Source: Euprymna scolopes
Taxonomy: Eukaryota
Strand: one strand, 5' to 3'
DNA length: 55,427 nt
Assembly: GCA_053919585.1 (NCBI GenBank)
Contig: JBSSHM010000338.1
In this document: positions 29,730-44,900 of the stretch, one piece after another
Layout: each line of letters begins with the position of its first letter
Position numbering within the stretch: position 1 is the first letter of the stretch
Notes under the pieces: generated by a model
Told to the model about the DNA's origin: nothing
Seen by the model: the letters and a program-made list of their open reading frames with translations, nothing else
The model's database searches: none
Translations under genes and position numbers: made by a program

Positions 29730-31140
29730 GTAGAGAGATAGTAATAATTATCCAACATTACTTTAGTAGAGAGATAGAAATAATTATCCAACATTACTTT
29801 AGTAGAGAGATAGAAATAATTATCCAACATTACTTTAGTAGAGAGATAGAAATAATTATCCAACATTACTTTAGTAGAGAGATAGAAATAATTATCCATC
29901 GCTTACTTTAGTAGAGAGATAGAAATAATTATCCAACATTACTTTAGTAGAGAGATAGAAATAATTATCCAACATTACTTTAGTAGAGAGATAGAAATAA
30001 TTATCCATCGCTTACTTTAGTAGAGAGATAGAAATAATTATCCAACATTACTTTAGTAGAGAGATAGAAATAATTATCCAACATTACTTTAGTAGAGAGA
30101 TAGAAATAATTATCCAACATTACTTTAGTAGAGAGATAGAAATAATTATCCAACATTACTTTAGTAGAGAGATAGAAATAATTATCCAACATTACTTTAG
30201 TAGAGAGATAGAAATAATTATCCAACATTACTTTAGTAGAGAGATAGAAATAATTATCCAACATTACTTTAGTAGAGAGATAGAAATAATTATCCAACAT
30301 TACTTTAGTAGAGAGATAGAAATAATTATCCAACATTACTTTAGTAGAGAGATAGAAATAATTATCCAACATTACTTTAGTAGAGAGATAGAAATAATTA
30401 TCCAACATTACTTTAGTAGAGAGATAGAAATAATTATCCAACATTACTTTAGTAGAGAGATAGAAATAATTATCCAACATTACTTTAGTAGAGAGATAGA
30501 AATAATTATCCAACATTACTTTAGTAGAGAGATAGAAATAATTATCCAACATTACTTTAGTAGAGAGATAGAAATAATTATCCAACATTACTTTAGTAGA
30601 GAGATAGAAATAATTATCCAACATTACTTTAGTAGAGAGATAGAAATAATTATCCAACATTACTTTAGTAGAGAGATAGAAATAATTATCCAACATTACT
30701 TTAGTAGAGAGATAGAAATAATTATCCAACATTACTTTAGTAGAGAGATAGAAATAATTATCCAACATTACTTTAGTAGAGAGATAGAAATAATTATCCA
30801 ACATTACTTTAGTAGAGAGATAGAAATAATTATCCAACATTACTTTAGTAGAGAGATAGAAATAATTATCCATCGCTTACTTTAGTAGAGAGATAGAAAT
30901 AATTACCCAACATTACTTTAGTAGAGAGATAGAAATAATTATCCAACATTACTTTAGTAGAAAGATAGAAATAATTATCCAAAATTACTTTAGTAGAGAG
31001 ATAGAAATAATTATCCAACATTACTTTAGTAGAGAGATAGAAATAATTATCCATCGCTTACTTTAGTAGAGAGATAGAAATAATTACCCAACATTACTTT
31101 AGTAGAGAGTTAGAAATAATTATCCAACATTACTTTAGTA
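29730..31140. repeat. Dispersed copy of the ~1.4-kb block at ~23200-24620 (offset 6524 bp)
   Basis: SNV 23218/29742, B units 23368/29892, 23477/30001, 24342/30866, 24523/31047 and the GAGTTAG SNV 24586/31110 all pair at +6524. Confidence 0.88.
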
Positions 31141-34100
31141 GAGAGATAGAAATAATTATCCAACATTACTTTAGTAGAGAGATAGAAATAATTATCCAAC
31201 ATTACTTTAGTAGAGAGATAGAAATAATTATCCAACATTACTTTAGTAGAGAGATAGAAATAATTATCCAACATTACTTTAGTAGAGAGATAGAAATAAT
31301 TATCCATCGCTTACTTTAGTAGAGAGATAGAAATAATTATCCAACATTACTTTAGTAGAGAGATAGAAATAATTACCCAACATTACTTTAGTAGAGAGAT
31401 AGAAATAATTACCCAACATTACTTTAGTAGAGAGATAGAAATAATTATCCAACATTACTTTAGTAGAGAGATAGAAATAATTATCCAACATTACTTTAGT
31501 AGAGAGATAGAAATAATTATCCATCGCTTACTTTAGTAGAGAGATAGAAATAATTATCCAACATTACTTTAGTAGAGAGATAGAAATAATTACCCAACAT
31601 TACTTTAGTAGAGAGATAGAAATAATTATCCAACATTACTTTAGTAGAGAGATATAAAATAATTATCCAACATTACTTTAGTAGAGAGATAGAAATAATT
31701 ATCCAACATTACTTTAGTAGAGAGATAGAAATAATTATCCAACATTACTTTAGTAGAGAGATAGAAATAATTATCCATCGCTTACTTTAGTAGAGAGATA
31801 GAAATAATTACCCAACATTACTTTAGTAGAGAGATAGAAATAATTATCCAACATTACTTTAGCAGAAAGATAGAAATAATTATCCAAAATTACTTTAGTA
31901 GAGAGATAGAAATAATTATCCAACATTACTTTAGTAGAGAGATAGAAATAATTATCCATCGCTTACTTTAGTAGAGAGATAGAAATAATTACCCAACATT
32001 ACTTTAGTAGAGAGTTAGAAATAATTATCCAACATTACTTTAGTAGAGAGATAGAAATAATTATCCAACATTACTTTAGTAGAGAGATAGAAATAATTAT
32101 CCAACATTACTTTAGTAGAGAGATAGAAATAATTACCCAACATTACTTTAGTAGAGAGATAGAAATAATTACCCAACATTACTTTAGTAGAGAGATAGAA
32201 ATAATTATCCAACATTACTTTAGTAGAGAGATAGAAATAATTATCCAACATTACTTTAGTAGAGAGATAGAAATAATTATCCAACATTACTTTAGTAGAG
32301 AGATAGAAATAATTATCCAACATTACTTTAGTAGAGAGATAGAAATAATTATCCAACATTACTTTAGTAGAGAGATAGAAATAATTATCCAACATTACTT
32401 TAGTAGAGAGATAGAAATAATTATCCAACATTACTTTAGTAGAGAGATAGAAATAATTACCCAACATTACTTTAGTAGAGAGATAGAAATAATTATCCAA
32501 CATTACTTTAGTAGAGAGATAGAAATAATTATCCAATATTACTTTAGTAGAGAGATAGAAATAATTATCCAACAATACTTTAGTAGAGAGATAGAAATAA
32601 TTATCCAACATTACTTTAGTAGAGAGATAGAAATAATTATCCAACATTACTTTAGTAGAGAGATAGAAATAATTATCCAACATTACTTTAGTAGAGAGAT
32701 AGAAATAATTATCCAACATTACTTTAGTAGAGAGATAGAAATAATTATCCAACATTACTTTAGTAGAGAGATAGAAATAATTATCTAACATTACTTTAGT
32801 AGAGAGATAGAAATAATTATCCAACATTACTTTAGTAGAGAGATAGAAATAATTATCCAACATTACTTTAGTAGAGAGATAGAAATAATTATCCAACATT
32901 ACTTTAGTAGAGAGATAGAAATAATTATCCAACATTACTTTAGTAGAGAGATAGAAATAATTATCCAACATTACTTTAGTAGAGAGATAGAAATAATTAT
33001 CCAACATTACTTTAGTAGAGAGATAGAAATAATTATCCAACATTACTTTAGTAGAGAGATAGAAATAATTATCCAACATTACTTTAGTAGAGAGATAGAA
33101 ATAATTATCCAACATTACTTTAGTAGAGAGATAGAAATAATTATCCAACATTACTTTAGTAGAGAGATAGAAAAAATTATCCAACATTACTTTAGTAGAG
33201 AGATAGAAATAATTATCCAACATTACTTTAGTAGAGAGATAGAAATAATTATCCAACATTACTTTAGTAGAGAGATAGAAATAATTACCCAACATTACTT
33301 TAGTAGAGAGATAGAAATAATTACCCAACATTACTTTAGTAGAGAGATAGAAATAATTATCCAACATTACTTTATTAGAGAGATAGAAATAATTATCCAA
33401 CATTACTTTAGTAGAGAGATAGAAATAATTATCCAACATTACTTTAGTAGAGAGATAGAAATAATTATCCAACATTTCTTTAGTAGAGAGATAGAAATAA
33501 TTATCCAACATTACTTTAGTAGAGAGATAGAAATAATTATCCAACATTACTTTAGTAGAGAGATAGAAATAATTATCCCACATTACTTTAGTAGAGAGAT
33601 AGAAATAATTATCCAACATTACTTTAGTAGAGAGATAGAAATAATTATCCAACATTACTTTAGTAGAGAGATAGAAATAATTATCCAACATTACTTTAGT
33701 AGAGAGATAGAAATAATTATCCAACATTACTTTAGTAGAGAGATAGAAATAATTACCCAACATTACTTTAGTAGAGAGATAGAAATAATTACCCAACATT
33801 ACTTTAGTAGAGAGATAGAAATAATTATCCAACATTACTTTAGTAGAGAGATAGAAATAATTATCCAACATTACTTTAGTAGAGAGATAGAAATAATTAT
33901 CCAACATTACTTTAGTAGAGAGATAGAAATAATTATCCAACATTACTTTAGTAGAGAGATAGAAATAATTATCCAACATTACTTTAGTAGAGAGATAGAA
34001 ATAATTATCCAACATTACTTTAGTAGAGAGATAGAAATAATTATCCAACATTACTTTAGTAGAGAGATAGAAATAATTATCCAACATTACTTTAGTAGAG

Positions 34101-37100
34101 AGATAGAAATAATTATCCAACATTACTTTAGTAGAGAGATAGAAATAATTATCCAACATTACTTTAGTAGAGAGATAGAAATAATTATCCAACATTACTT
34201 TAGTAGAGAGATAGAAATAATTATCCAACATTACTTTAGTAGAGAGATAGAAATAATTATCCAACATTACTTTAGTAGAGAGATAGAAATAATTATCCAA
34301 CATTACTTTAGTAGAGAGATAGAAATAATTATCCAACATTACTTTAGTAGAGAGATAGAAATAATTATCCAACATTACTTTAGTAGAGAGATAGAAATAA
34401 TTATCCAACATTACTTTAGTAGAGAGATAGAAATAATTATCCAACATTACTTTAGTAGAGAGATAGAAATAATTATCCAACATTACTTTAGTAGAGAGAT
34501 AGAAATAATTATCCAACATTACTTTAGTAGAGAGATAGAAATAATTATCCAACATTACTTTAGTAGAGAGATAGATATAATTATCCAACATTACTTTAGT
34601 AGAGAGATAGAAATAATTATCCAACATTACTTTAGTAGAGAGATAGAAATAATTATCCAACATTACTTTAGTAGAGAGATAGAAATAATTATCCAACATT
34701 ACTTTAGTAGAGAGATAGAAATAATTATCCAACATTACTTTAGTAGAGAGATAGAAATAATTATCCAACATTACTTTAGTAGAGAGATAGAAATAATTAT
34801 CCAACATTACTTTAGTAGAGAGATAGAAATAATTACCCAACAGTACTTTAGTAGAGAGATAGAAATAATTACCCAACATTACTTTAGTAGAGAGATAGAA
34901 ATAATTATCCAACATTACTTTAGTAGAGAGATAGAAATAATTATCCAACATTACTTTAGTAGAGAGATAGAAATAATTATCCAACATTACTTTAGTAGAG
35001 AGATAGAAATAATTATCCAACATTTCTTTAGTAGAGAGATAGAAATAATTATCCAACATTACTTTAGTAGAGAGATAGAAATAATTATCCAACATTACTT
35101 TAGTAGAGAGATAGAAATAATTATCCCACATTACTTTAGTAGAGAGATAGAAATAATTATCCAACATTACTTTAGTAGAGAGATAGAAATAATTACCCAA
35201 CATTACTTTCGTAGAGAGATAGAAATAATTACCCAACATTACTTTAGTAGAGAGATAGAAATAATTATCCAACATTACTTTAGTAGAGAGATAGAAATAA
35301 TTATCCAACATTGCTTTAGTAGAGAGATAGAAATAATTATCCAACATTACTTTAGTAGAGAGATAGAAATAATTATCCAACATTACTTTAGTAGAGAGAT
35401 AGAAATAATTATCCAACATTACTTTAGTAGAGAGATAGAAATAATTATCCAACATTACTTTAGTAGAGAGATAGAAATAATTATCCAACATTACTTTAGT
35501 AGAGAGATAGAAATAATTATCCAACATTACTTTAGTAGAGAGATAGAAATAATTATCCAACATTACTTTAGTAGAGAGATAGAAATAATTATCCAACATT
35601 ACTTTAGTAGAGAGATAGAAATAATTATCCAACATTACTTTAGTAGAGAGATAGAAATAATTATCCAACATTACTTTAGTAGAGAGATAGAAATAATTAT
35701 CCATCGCTTACTTTAGTAGAGAGATAGAAATAATTATCCAACATTACTTTAGTAGAGAGATAGAAATAATTACCCAACATTACTTTAGTAGAGAGATAGA
35801 AATAATTACCCAACATTACTTTAGTAGAGAGATAGAAATAATTATCCAACATTACTTTAGTAGAGAGATAGAAATAATTATCCATCGCTTACTTTAGTAG
35901 AGAGATAGAAATAATTATCCAACATTACTTTAGTAGAGAGATAGAAATAATTACCCAACATTACTTTAGTAGAGAGATAGAAATAATTATCCAACATTAC
36001 TTTAGTAGAGAGATATAAAATAATTATCCAACATTACTTTAGTAGAGAGATAGAAATAATTATCCAACATTACTTTAGTAGAGAGATAGAAATAATTATC
36101 CAACATTACTTTAGTAGAGAGATAGAAATAATTATCCATCGCTTACTTTAGTAGAGAGATAGAAATAATTACCCAACATTACTTTAGTAGAGAGATAGAA
36201 ATAATTATCCAACATTACTTTAGTAGAAAGATAGAAATAATTATCCAAAATTACTTTAGTAGAGAGATAGAAATAATTATCAAACATTACTTTAGTAGAG
36301 AGATAGAAATAATTATCCATCGCTTACTTTAGTAGAGAGATAGAAATAATTACCCAACATTACTTTAGTAGAGAGTTAGAAATAATTATCCAACATTACT
36401 TTAGTAGAGAGATAGAAATAATTACCCAACATTACTTTAGTAGAGAGATAGAAATAATTATCCAACATTACTTTAGTAGAGAGATAGAAATAATTATCCA
36501 ACATTACTTTAGTAGAGAGATAGAAATAATTATCCAACATTACTTTAGTAGAGAGATAGAAATAATTATCCAACATTACTTTAGTAGAGAGATAGAAATA
36601 ATTATCCAACATTACTTTAGTAGAGAGATAGAAATAATTATCCAACATTACTTTAGTAGAGAGATAGAAATAATTATCCAACATTACTTTAGTAGAGAGA
36701 TAGAAATAATTACCCAACATTACTTTAGTAGAGAGATAGAAATAATTACCCAACATTACTTTAGTAGAGAGATAGAAATAATTATCCAACATTACTTTAG
36801 TAGAGAGATAGAAATAATTATCCAACATTACTTTAGTAGAGAGATAGAAATAATTATCCAACATTACTTTAGTAGAGAGATAGAAATAATTATCCAACAT
36901 TACTTTAGTAGAGAGATAGAAATAATTATCCAACATTACTTTAGTAGAGAGATAGAAATAATTATCCAACATTACTTTAGTAGAGAGATAGAAATAATTA
37001 TCCAACATTACTTTAGTAGAGAGATAGAAATAATTATCCAACATTACTTTAGTAGAGAGATAGAAATAATTATCCAACATTACTTTAGTAGAGAGATAGA

Positions 37101-37699
37101 AATAATTATCCAACATTACTTTAGTAGAGAGATAGAAATAATTATCTAACATTACTTTAGTAGAGAGATAGAAATAATTATCCAACATTACTTTAGTAGA
37201 GAGATAGAAATAATTATCCAACATTACTTTAGTAGAGAGATAGAAATAATTATCCAACATTACTTTAGTAGAGAGATAGAAATAATTATCCAACATTACT
37301 TTAGTAGAGAGATAGAAATAATTATCCAACATTACTTTAGTAGAGAGATAGAAATAATTATCCAACATTACTTTAGTAGAGAGATAGAAATAATTATCCA
37401 ACATTACTTTAGTAGAGAGATAGAAATAATTATCCAACATTACTTTAGTAGAGAGATAGAAATAATTATCCAACATTACTTTAGTAGAGAGATAGAAATA
37501 ATTATCAAACATTACTTTAGTAGAGAGATAGAAAAAATTATCCAACATTACTTTAGTAGAGAGATAGAAATAATTATCCAACATTACTTTAGTAGAGAGA
37601 TAGAAATAATTATCCAACATTACTTTAGTAGAGAGATAGAAATAATTACCCAACATTACTTTAGTAGAGAGATAGAAATAATTACCCAACATTACTTTA

Positions 37700-38820
37700 G
37701 TAGAGAGATAGAAATAATTATCCAACATTACTTTAGTAGAGAGATAGAAATAATTATCCAACATTACTTTAGTAGAGAGATAGAAATAATTATCCAACAT
37801 TACTTTAGTAGAGAGATAGAAATAATTATCCAACATTTCTTTAGTAGAGAGATAGAAATAATTATCCAACATTACTTTAGTAGAGAGATAGAAATAATTA
37901 TCCAACATTACTTTAGTAGAGAGATAGAAATAATTATCCAACATTACTTTAGTAGAGAGATAGAAATAATTATCCCACATTACTTTAGTAGAGAGATAGA
38001 AATAATTATCCAACATTACTTTAGTAGAGAGATAGAAATAATTACCCAACATTACTTTCGTAGAGAGATAGAAATAATTACCCAACATTACTTTAGTAGA
38101 GAGATAGAAATAATTATCCAACATTACTTTAGTAGAGAGATAGAAATAATTATCCAACATTGCTTTAGTAGAGAGATAGAAATAATTATCCAACATTACT
38201 TTAGTAGAGAGATAGAAATAATTATCCAACATTACTTTAGTAGAGAGATAGAAATAATTATCCAACATTACTTTAGTAGAGAGATAGAAATAATTATCCA
38301 ACATTACTTTAGTAGAGAGATAGAAATAATTATCCAACATTTCTTTAGTAGAGAGATAGAAATAATTATCCAACATTACTTTAGTAGAGAGATAGAAATA
38401 ATTATCCAACATTACTTTAGTAGAGAGATAGAAATAATTATCCAACATTACTTTAGTAGAGAGATAGAAATAATTATCCCACATTACTTTAGTAGAGAGA
38501 TAGAAATAATTATCCAACATTACTTTAGTAGAGAGATAGAAATAATTACCCAACATTACTTTCGTAGAGAGATAGAAATAATTACCCAACATTACTTTAG
38601 TAGAGAGATAGAAATAATTATCCAACATTACTTTAGTAGAGAGATAGAAATAATTATCCAACATTGCTTTAGTAGAGAGATAGAAATAATTATCCAACAT
38701 TACTTTAGTAGAGAGATAGAAATAATTATCCAACATTACTTTAGTAGAGAGATAGAAATAATTATCCAACATTACTTTAGTAGAGAGATAGAAATAATTA
38801 TCCAACATTACTTTAGTAGA
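37700..38820. repeat. Higher-order tandem duplication, period 504 bp (14 monomers)
   Basis: Four rare SNVs repeat at +504: CATTTCTT 37838/38342, TATCCCAC 37976/38480, TTTCGTAG 38059/38563, CATTGCTT 38162/38666. Boundaries are approximate. Confidence 0.88.
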
Positions 38821-41800
38821 GAGATAGAAATAATTATCCAACATTACTTTAGTAGAGAGATAGAAATAATTATCCAACATTACTTTAGTAGAGAGATAGA
38901 AATAATTATCCAACATTACTTTAGTAGAGAGATAGAAATAATTATCCAACATTACTTTAGTAGAGAGATAGAAATAATTATCCAACATTACTTTAGTAGA
39001 GAGATAGAAATAATTATCCAACATTACTTTAGTATAGAGATAGAAATAATTATCCATCGCTTACTTTAGTAGAGAGATAGAAATAATTATCCAACATTAC
39101 TTTAGTAGAGAGATAGAAATAATTACCCAACATTACTTTAGTAGAGAGATAGAAATAATTACCCAACATTACTTTAGTAGAGAGATAGAAATAATTATCC
39201 AACATTACTTTAGTAGAGAGATAGAAATAATTATCCAACATTACTTTAGTAGAGAGATAGAAATAATTATCCAACATTACTTTAGTAGAGAGATAGAAAT
39301 AATTATCAAACATTACTTTAGTAGAGAGATAGAAATAATTATCCAACATTACTTTAGTAGAGAGATAGAAATAATTATCCAACATTACTTTAGTAGAGAG
39401 ATAGAAATAATTATCCAACATTACTTTAGTAGAGAGATAGAAATAATTATCCATCGCTTACTTTAGTAGAGAGATAGAAATAATTATCCAACATTACTTT
39501 AGTAGAGAGATAGAAATAATTACCCAACATTACTTTAGTAGAGAGATAGAAATAATTACCCAACATTACTTTAGTAGAGAGATATAAAATAATTATCCAA
39601 CATTACTTTAGTAGAGAGATAGAAATAATTATCCAACATTACTTTAGTAGAGAGATAGAAATAATTATCCAACATTACTTTAGTAGAGAGATAGAAATAA
39701 TTATCCATCGCTTACTTTAGTAGAGAGATAGAAATAATTACCCAACATTACTTTAGTAGAGAGATAGAAATAATTATCCAACATTACTTTAGTAGAAAGA
39801 TAGAAATAATTATCCAACATTACTTTAGTAGAGAGATAGAAATAATTATCCAACATTACTTTAGTAGAGAGATAGAAATAATTATCCATCGCTTACTTTA
39901 GTAGAGAGATAGAAATAATTACCCAACATTACTTTAGTAGAGAGTTAGAAATAATTATCCAACATTACTTTAGTAGAGAGATAGAAATAATTACCCAACA
40001 TTACTTTAGTAGAGAGATAGAAATAATTATCCAACATTACTTTAGTAGAGAGATAGAAATAATTATCCAACATTACTTTAGTAGAGAGATAGAAATAATT
40101 ATCCAACATTACTTTAGTAGAGAGATAGAAATAATTATCCAACATTTCTTTAGTAGAGAGATAGAAATAATTATCCAACATTACTTTAGTAGAGAGATAG
40201 AAATAATTATCCAACATTACTTTAGTAGAGAGATAGAAATAATTATCCAACATTACTTTAGTAGAGAGATAGAAATAATTATCCCACATTACTTTAGTAG
40301 AGAGATAGAAATAATTATCCAACATTACTTTAGTAGAGAGATAGAAATAATTACCCAACATTACTTTCGTAGAGAGATAGAAATAATTACCCAACATTAC
40401 TTTAGTAGAGAGATAGAAATAATTATCCAACATTACTTTAGTAGAGAGATAGAAATAATTATCCAACATTGCTTTAGTAGAGAGATAGAAATAATTATCC
40501 AACATTACTTTAGTAGAGAGATAGAAATAATTATCCAACATTACTTTAGTAGAGAGATAGAAATAATTATCCAACATTACTTTAGTAGAGAGATAGAAAT
40601 AATTATCCAACATTACTTTAGTAGAGAGATAGAAATAATTATCCAACATTACTTTAGTAGAGAGATAGAAATAATTATCCAACATTACTTTAGTAGAGAG
40701 ATAGAAATAATTATCCAACATTACTTTAGTAGAGAGATAGAAATAATTATCCAACATTACTTTAGTAGAGAGATAGAAATAATTATCCAACATTACTTTA
40801 GTAGAGAGATAGAAATAATTATCCAACATTACTTTAGTATAGAGATAGAAATAATTATCCATCGCTTACTTTAGTAGAGAGATAGAAATAATTATCCAAC
40901 ATTACTTTAGTAGAGAGATAGAAATAATTACCCAACATTACTTTAGTAGAGAGATAGAAATAATTACCCAACATTACTTTAGTAGAGAGATAGAAATAAT
41001 TATCCAACATTACTTTAGTAGAGAGATAGAAATAATTATCCAACATTACTTTAGTAGAGAGATAGAAATAATTATCCAACATTACTTTAGTAGAGAGATA
41101 GAAATAATTATCAAACATTACTTTAGTAGAGAGATAGAAATAATTATCCAACATTACTTTAGTAGAGAGATAGAAATAATTATCCAACATTACTTTAGTA
41201 GAGAGATAGAAATAATTATCCAACATTACTTTAGTAGAGAGATAGAAATAATTATCCATCGCTTACTTTAGTAGAGAGATAGAAATAATTATCCAACATT
41301 ACTTTAGTAGAGAGATAGAAATAATTACCCAACATTACTTTAGTAGAGAGATAGAAATAATTACCCAACATTACTTTAGTAGAGAGATATAAAATAATTA
41401 TCCAACATTACTTTAGTAGAGAGATAGAAATAATTATCCAACATTACTTTAGTAGAGAGATAGAAATAATTATCCAACATTACTTTAGTAGAGAGATAGA
41501 AATAATTATCCATCGCTTACTTTAGTAGAGAGATAGAAATAATTACCCAACATTACTTTAGTAGAGAGATAGAAATAATTATCCAACATTACTTTAGTAG
41601 AAAGATAGAAATAATTATCCAAAATTACTTTAGTAGAGAGATAGAAATAATTATCCAACATTACTTTAGTAGAGAGATAGAAATAATTATCCATCGCTTA
41701 CTTTAGTAGAGAGATAGAAATAATTACCCAACATTACTTTAGTAGAGAGTTAGAAATAATTATCCAACATTACTTTAGTAGAGAGATAGAAATAATTACC

Positions 41801-41940
41801 CAACATTACTTTAGTAGAGAGATAGAAATAATTATCCAACATTACTTTAGTAGAGAGATAGAAATAATTATCCAACATTACTTTAGTAGAGAGATAGAAA
41901 TAATTATCCAACATTACTTTAGTAGAGAGATAGAAATAAT
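38200..41940. repeat. Higher-order tandem duplication, period 1805 bp (50 monomers)
   Basis: SNVs 38342/40147 and 38480/40285, B units 39050/40855, 39447/41252, 39701/41506, 39882/41687, and GAGTTAG 39945/41750 pair at +1805. Confidence 0.88.
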
Positions 41941-44900
41941 TATCCAACATTACTTTAGTAGAGAGATAGAAATAATTATCCAACATTACTTTAGTAGAGA
42001 GATAGAAATAATTATCCAACATTACTTTAGTAGAGAGATAGAAATAATTATCCAACATTACTTTAGTAGAGAGATAGAAATAATTACCCAAGATTACTTT
42101 AGTAGAGAGATAGAAATAATTACCCAACATTACTTTAGTAGAGAGATAGAAATAATTATCCAACATTACTTTAGTAGAGAGATAGAAATAATTATCCAAC
42201 ATTACTTTAGTAGAGAGATAGAAATAATTATCCAACATTACTTTAGTAGAGAGATAGAAATAATTATCCAACATTACTTTAGTAGAGAGATAGAAATAAT
42301 TATCCAACATTACTTTAGTAGAGAGATAGAAATAATTATCCAACATTACTTTAGTAGAGAGATAGAAATAATTACCCAACATTACTTTAGTAGAGAGATA
42401 GAAATAATTATCCAACATTACTTTAGTAGAGAGATAGAAATAATTATCCAACATTACTTTAGTAGAGAGATTGAAATAATTATCCAACAATACTTTAGTA
42501 GAGAGATAGAAATAATTATCCAACATTACTTTAGTAGAGAGATAGAAATAATTATCCAACATTACTTTAGTAGAGAGATAGAAATAATTATCCAACATTA
42601 CTTTAGTATAGAGATAGAAATAATTATCCAACATTACTTTAGTAGAGAGATAGAAATAATTATCCAACATTACTTTAGTAGAGAGATAGAAATAATTATC
42701 CAACATTACTTTAGTAGAGAGATAGAAATAATTATCCAACATTACTTTAGTAGAGAGATAGAAATAATTATCCAACATTACTTTAGTAGAGAGATAGAAA
42801 TAATTATCCAACATTACTTTAGTAGAGAGATAGAAATAATTATCCAACATTACTTTAGTAGAGAGATAGAAATAATTATCCAACATTACTTTAGTAGAGA
42901 GATAGAAATAATTATCCAACATTACTTTAGTAGAGAGATAGAAATAATTATCCAACATTACTTTAGTAGAGAGATAGAAATAATTATCCAACATTACTTT
43001 AGTAGAGAGATAGAAATAATTATCCAACATTACTTTAGTAGAGAGATAGAAATAATTATCCAACATTACTTTAGTAGAGAGATAGAAATAATTATCCAAC
43101 ATTACTTTAGTAGAGAGATAGAAATAATTATCCAACATTACTTTAGTAGAGAGATAGAAATAATTATCCAACATTACTTTAGTAGAGAGATAGAAATAAT
43201 TATCCAACATTACTTTAGTAGAGAGATAGAAATAATTACCCAACATTACTTTAGTAGAGAGATAGAAATAATTACCCAACATTACTTTAGTAGAGAGATA
43301 GAAATAATTATCCAACATTACTTTAGTAGAGAGATAGAAATAATTATCCAACATTACTTTAGTAGAGAGATAGAAATAATTACCCAACATTACTTTAGTA
43401 GAGAGATAGAAATAATTATCCAACATTACTTTAGTAGAGAGATAGAAATAATTATCCAACATTACTTTAGTAGAGAGATAGAAATAATTATCCAACATTA
43501 CTTTAGTAGAGAGATAGAAATAATTACCCAACATTACTTTAGTAGAGAGATAGAAATAATTATCCAACATTACTTTAGTAGAGAGATAGAAATAATTACC
43601 CAACATTACTTTAGTAGAGAGATAGAAATAATTATCCAACATTACTTTAGTAGAGAGATAGAAATAATTATCCAACATTACTTTAGTAGAGAGATAGAAA
43701 TAATTATCCAACATTACTTTAGTAGAGAGATAGAAATAATTATCCAACATTACTTTAGTAGAGAGATAGAAATAATTATCCAACATTACTTTAGTAGAGA
43801 GATAGAAATAATTACCCAACATTACTTTAGTAGAGAGATAGAAATAATTATCCAACATTACTTTAGTAGAGAGATAGAAATAATTATCCAACATTACTTT
43901 TGTAGAGAGATAGAAATAATTATCCAACATTACTTTAGTAGAGAGATAGAAATAATTATCCAACATTACTTTAGTAGAGAGATAGAAATAATTATCCAAC
44001 ATTACTTTAGTAGAGAGATAGAAATAATTATCCAACATTACTTTAGTAGAGAGATAGAAATAATTATCCAACATTACTTTAGTAGAGAGATAGAAATAAT
44101 TATCCATCGCTTACTTTAGTAGAGAGATAGAAATAATTATCCAACATTACTTTAGTAGAGAGATAGAAATAATTATCCAACATTACTTTAGTAGAGAGAT
44201 AGAAATAATTACCCAACATTACTTTAGTAGAGAGATAGAAATAATTACCCAACATTACTTTAGTAGAGAGATAGAAATAATTATCCAACATTACTTTAGT
44301 AGAGAGATAGAAATAATTATCCAACATTACTTTAGTAGAGAGATAGAAATAATTATCCATCGCTTACTTTAGTAGAGAGATAGAAATAATTATCCAACAT
44401 TACTTTAGTAGAGAGATAGAAATAATTACCCAACATTACTTTAGTAGAGAGATAGAAATAATTACCCAACATTACTTTAGTAGAGAGATAGAAATAATTA
44501 TCCAACATTACTTTAGTAGAGAGATAGAAATAATTATCCAACATTACTTTAGTAGAGAGATAGAAATAATTATCCAACATTACTTTAGTAGAGAGATAGA
44601 AATAATTATCCAACATTTCTTTAGTAGAGAGATAGAAATAATTATCCAACATTACTTTAGTAGAGAGATAGAAATAATTATCCAACATTACTTTAGTAGA
44701 GAGATAGAAATAATTATCCCACATTACTTTAGTAGAGAGATAGAAATAATTATCCAACATTACTTTAGTAGAGAGATAGAAATAATTACCCAACATTACT
44801 TTCGTAGAGAGATAGAAATAATTACCCAACATTACTTTAGTAGAGAGATAGAAATAATTATCCAACATTACTTTAGTAGAGAGATAGAAATAATTATCCA

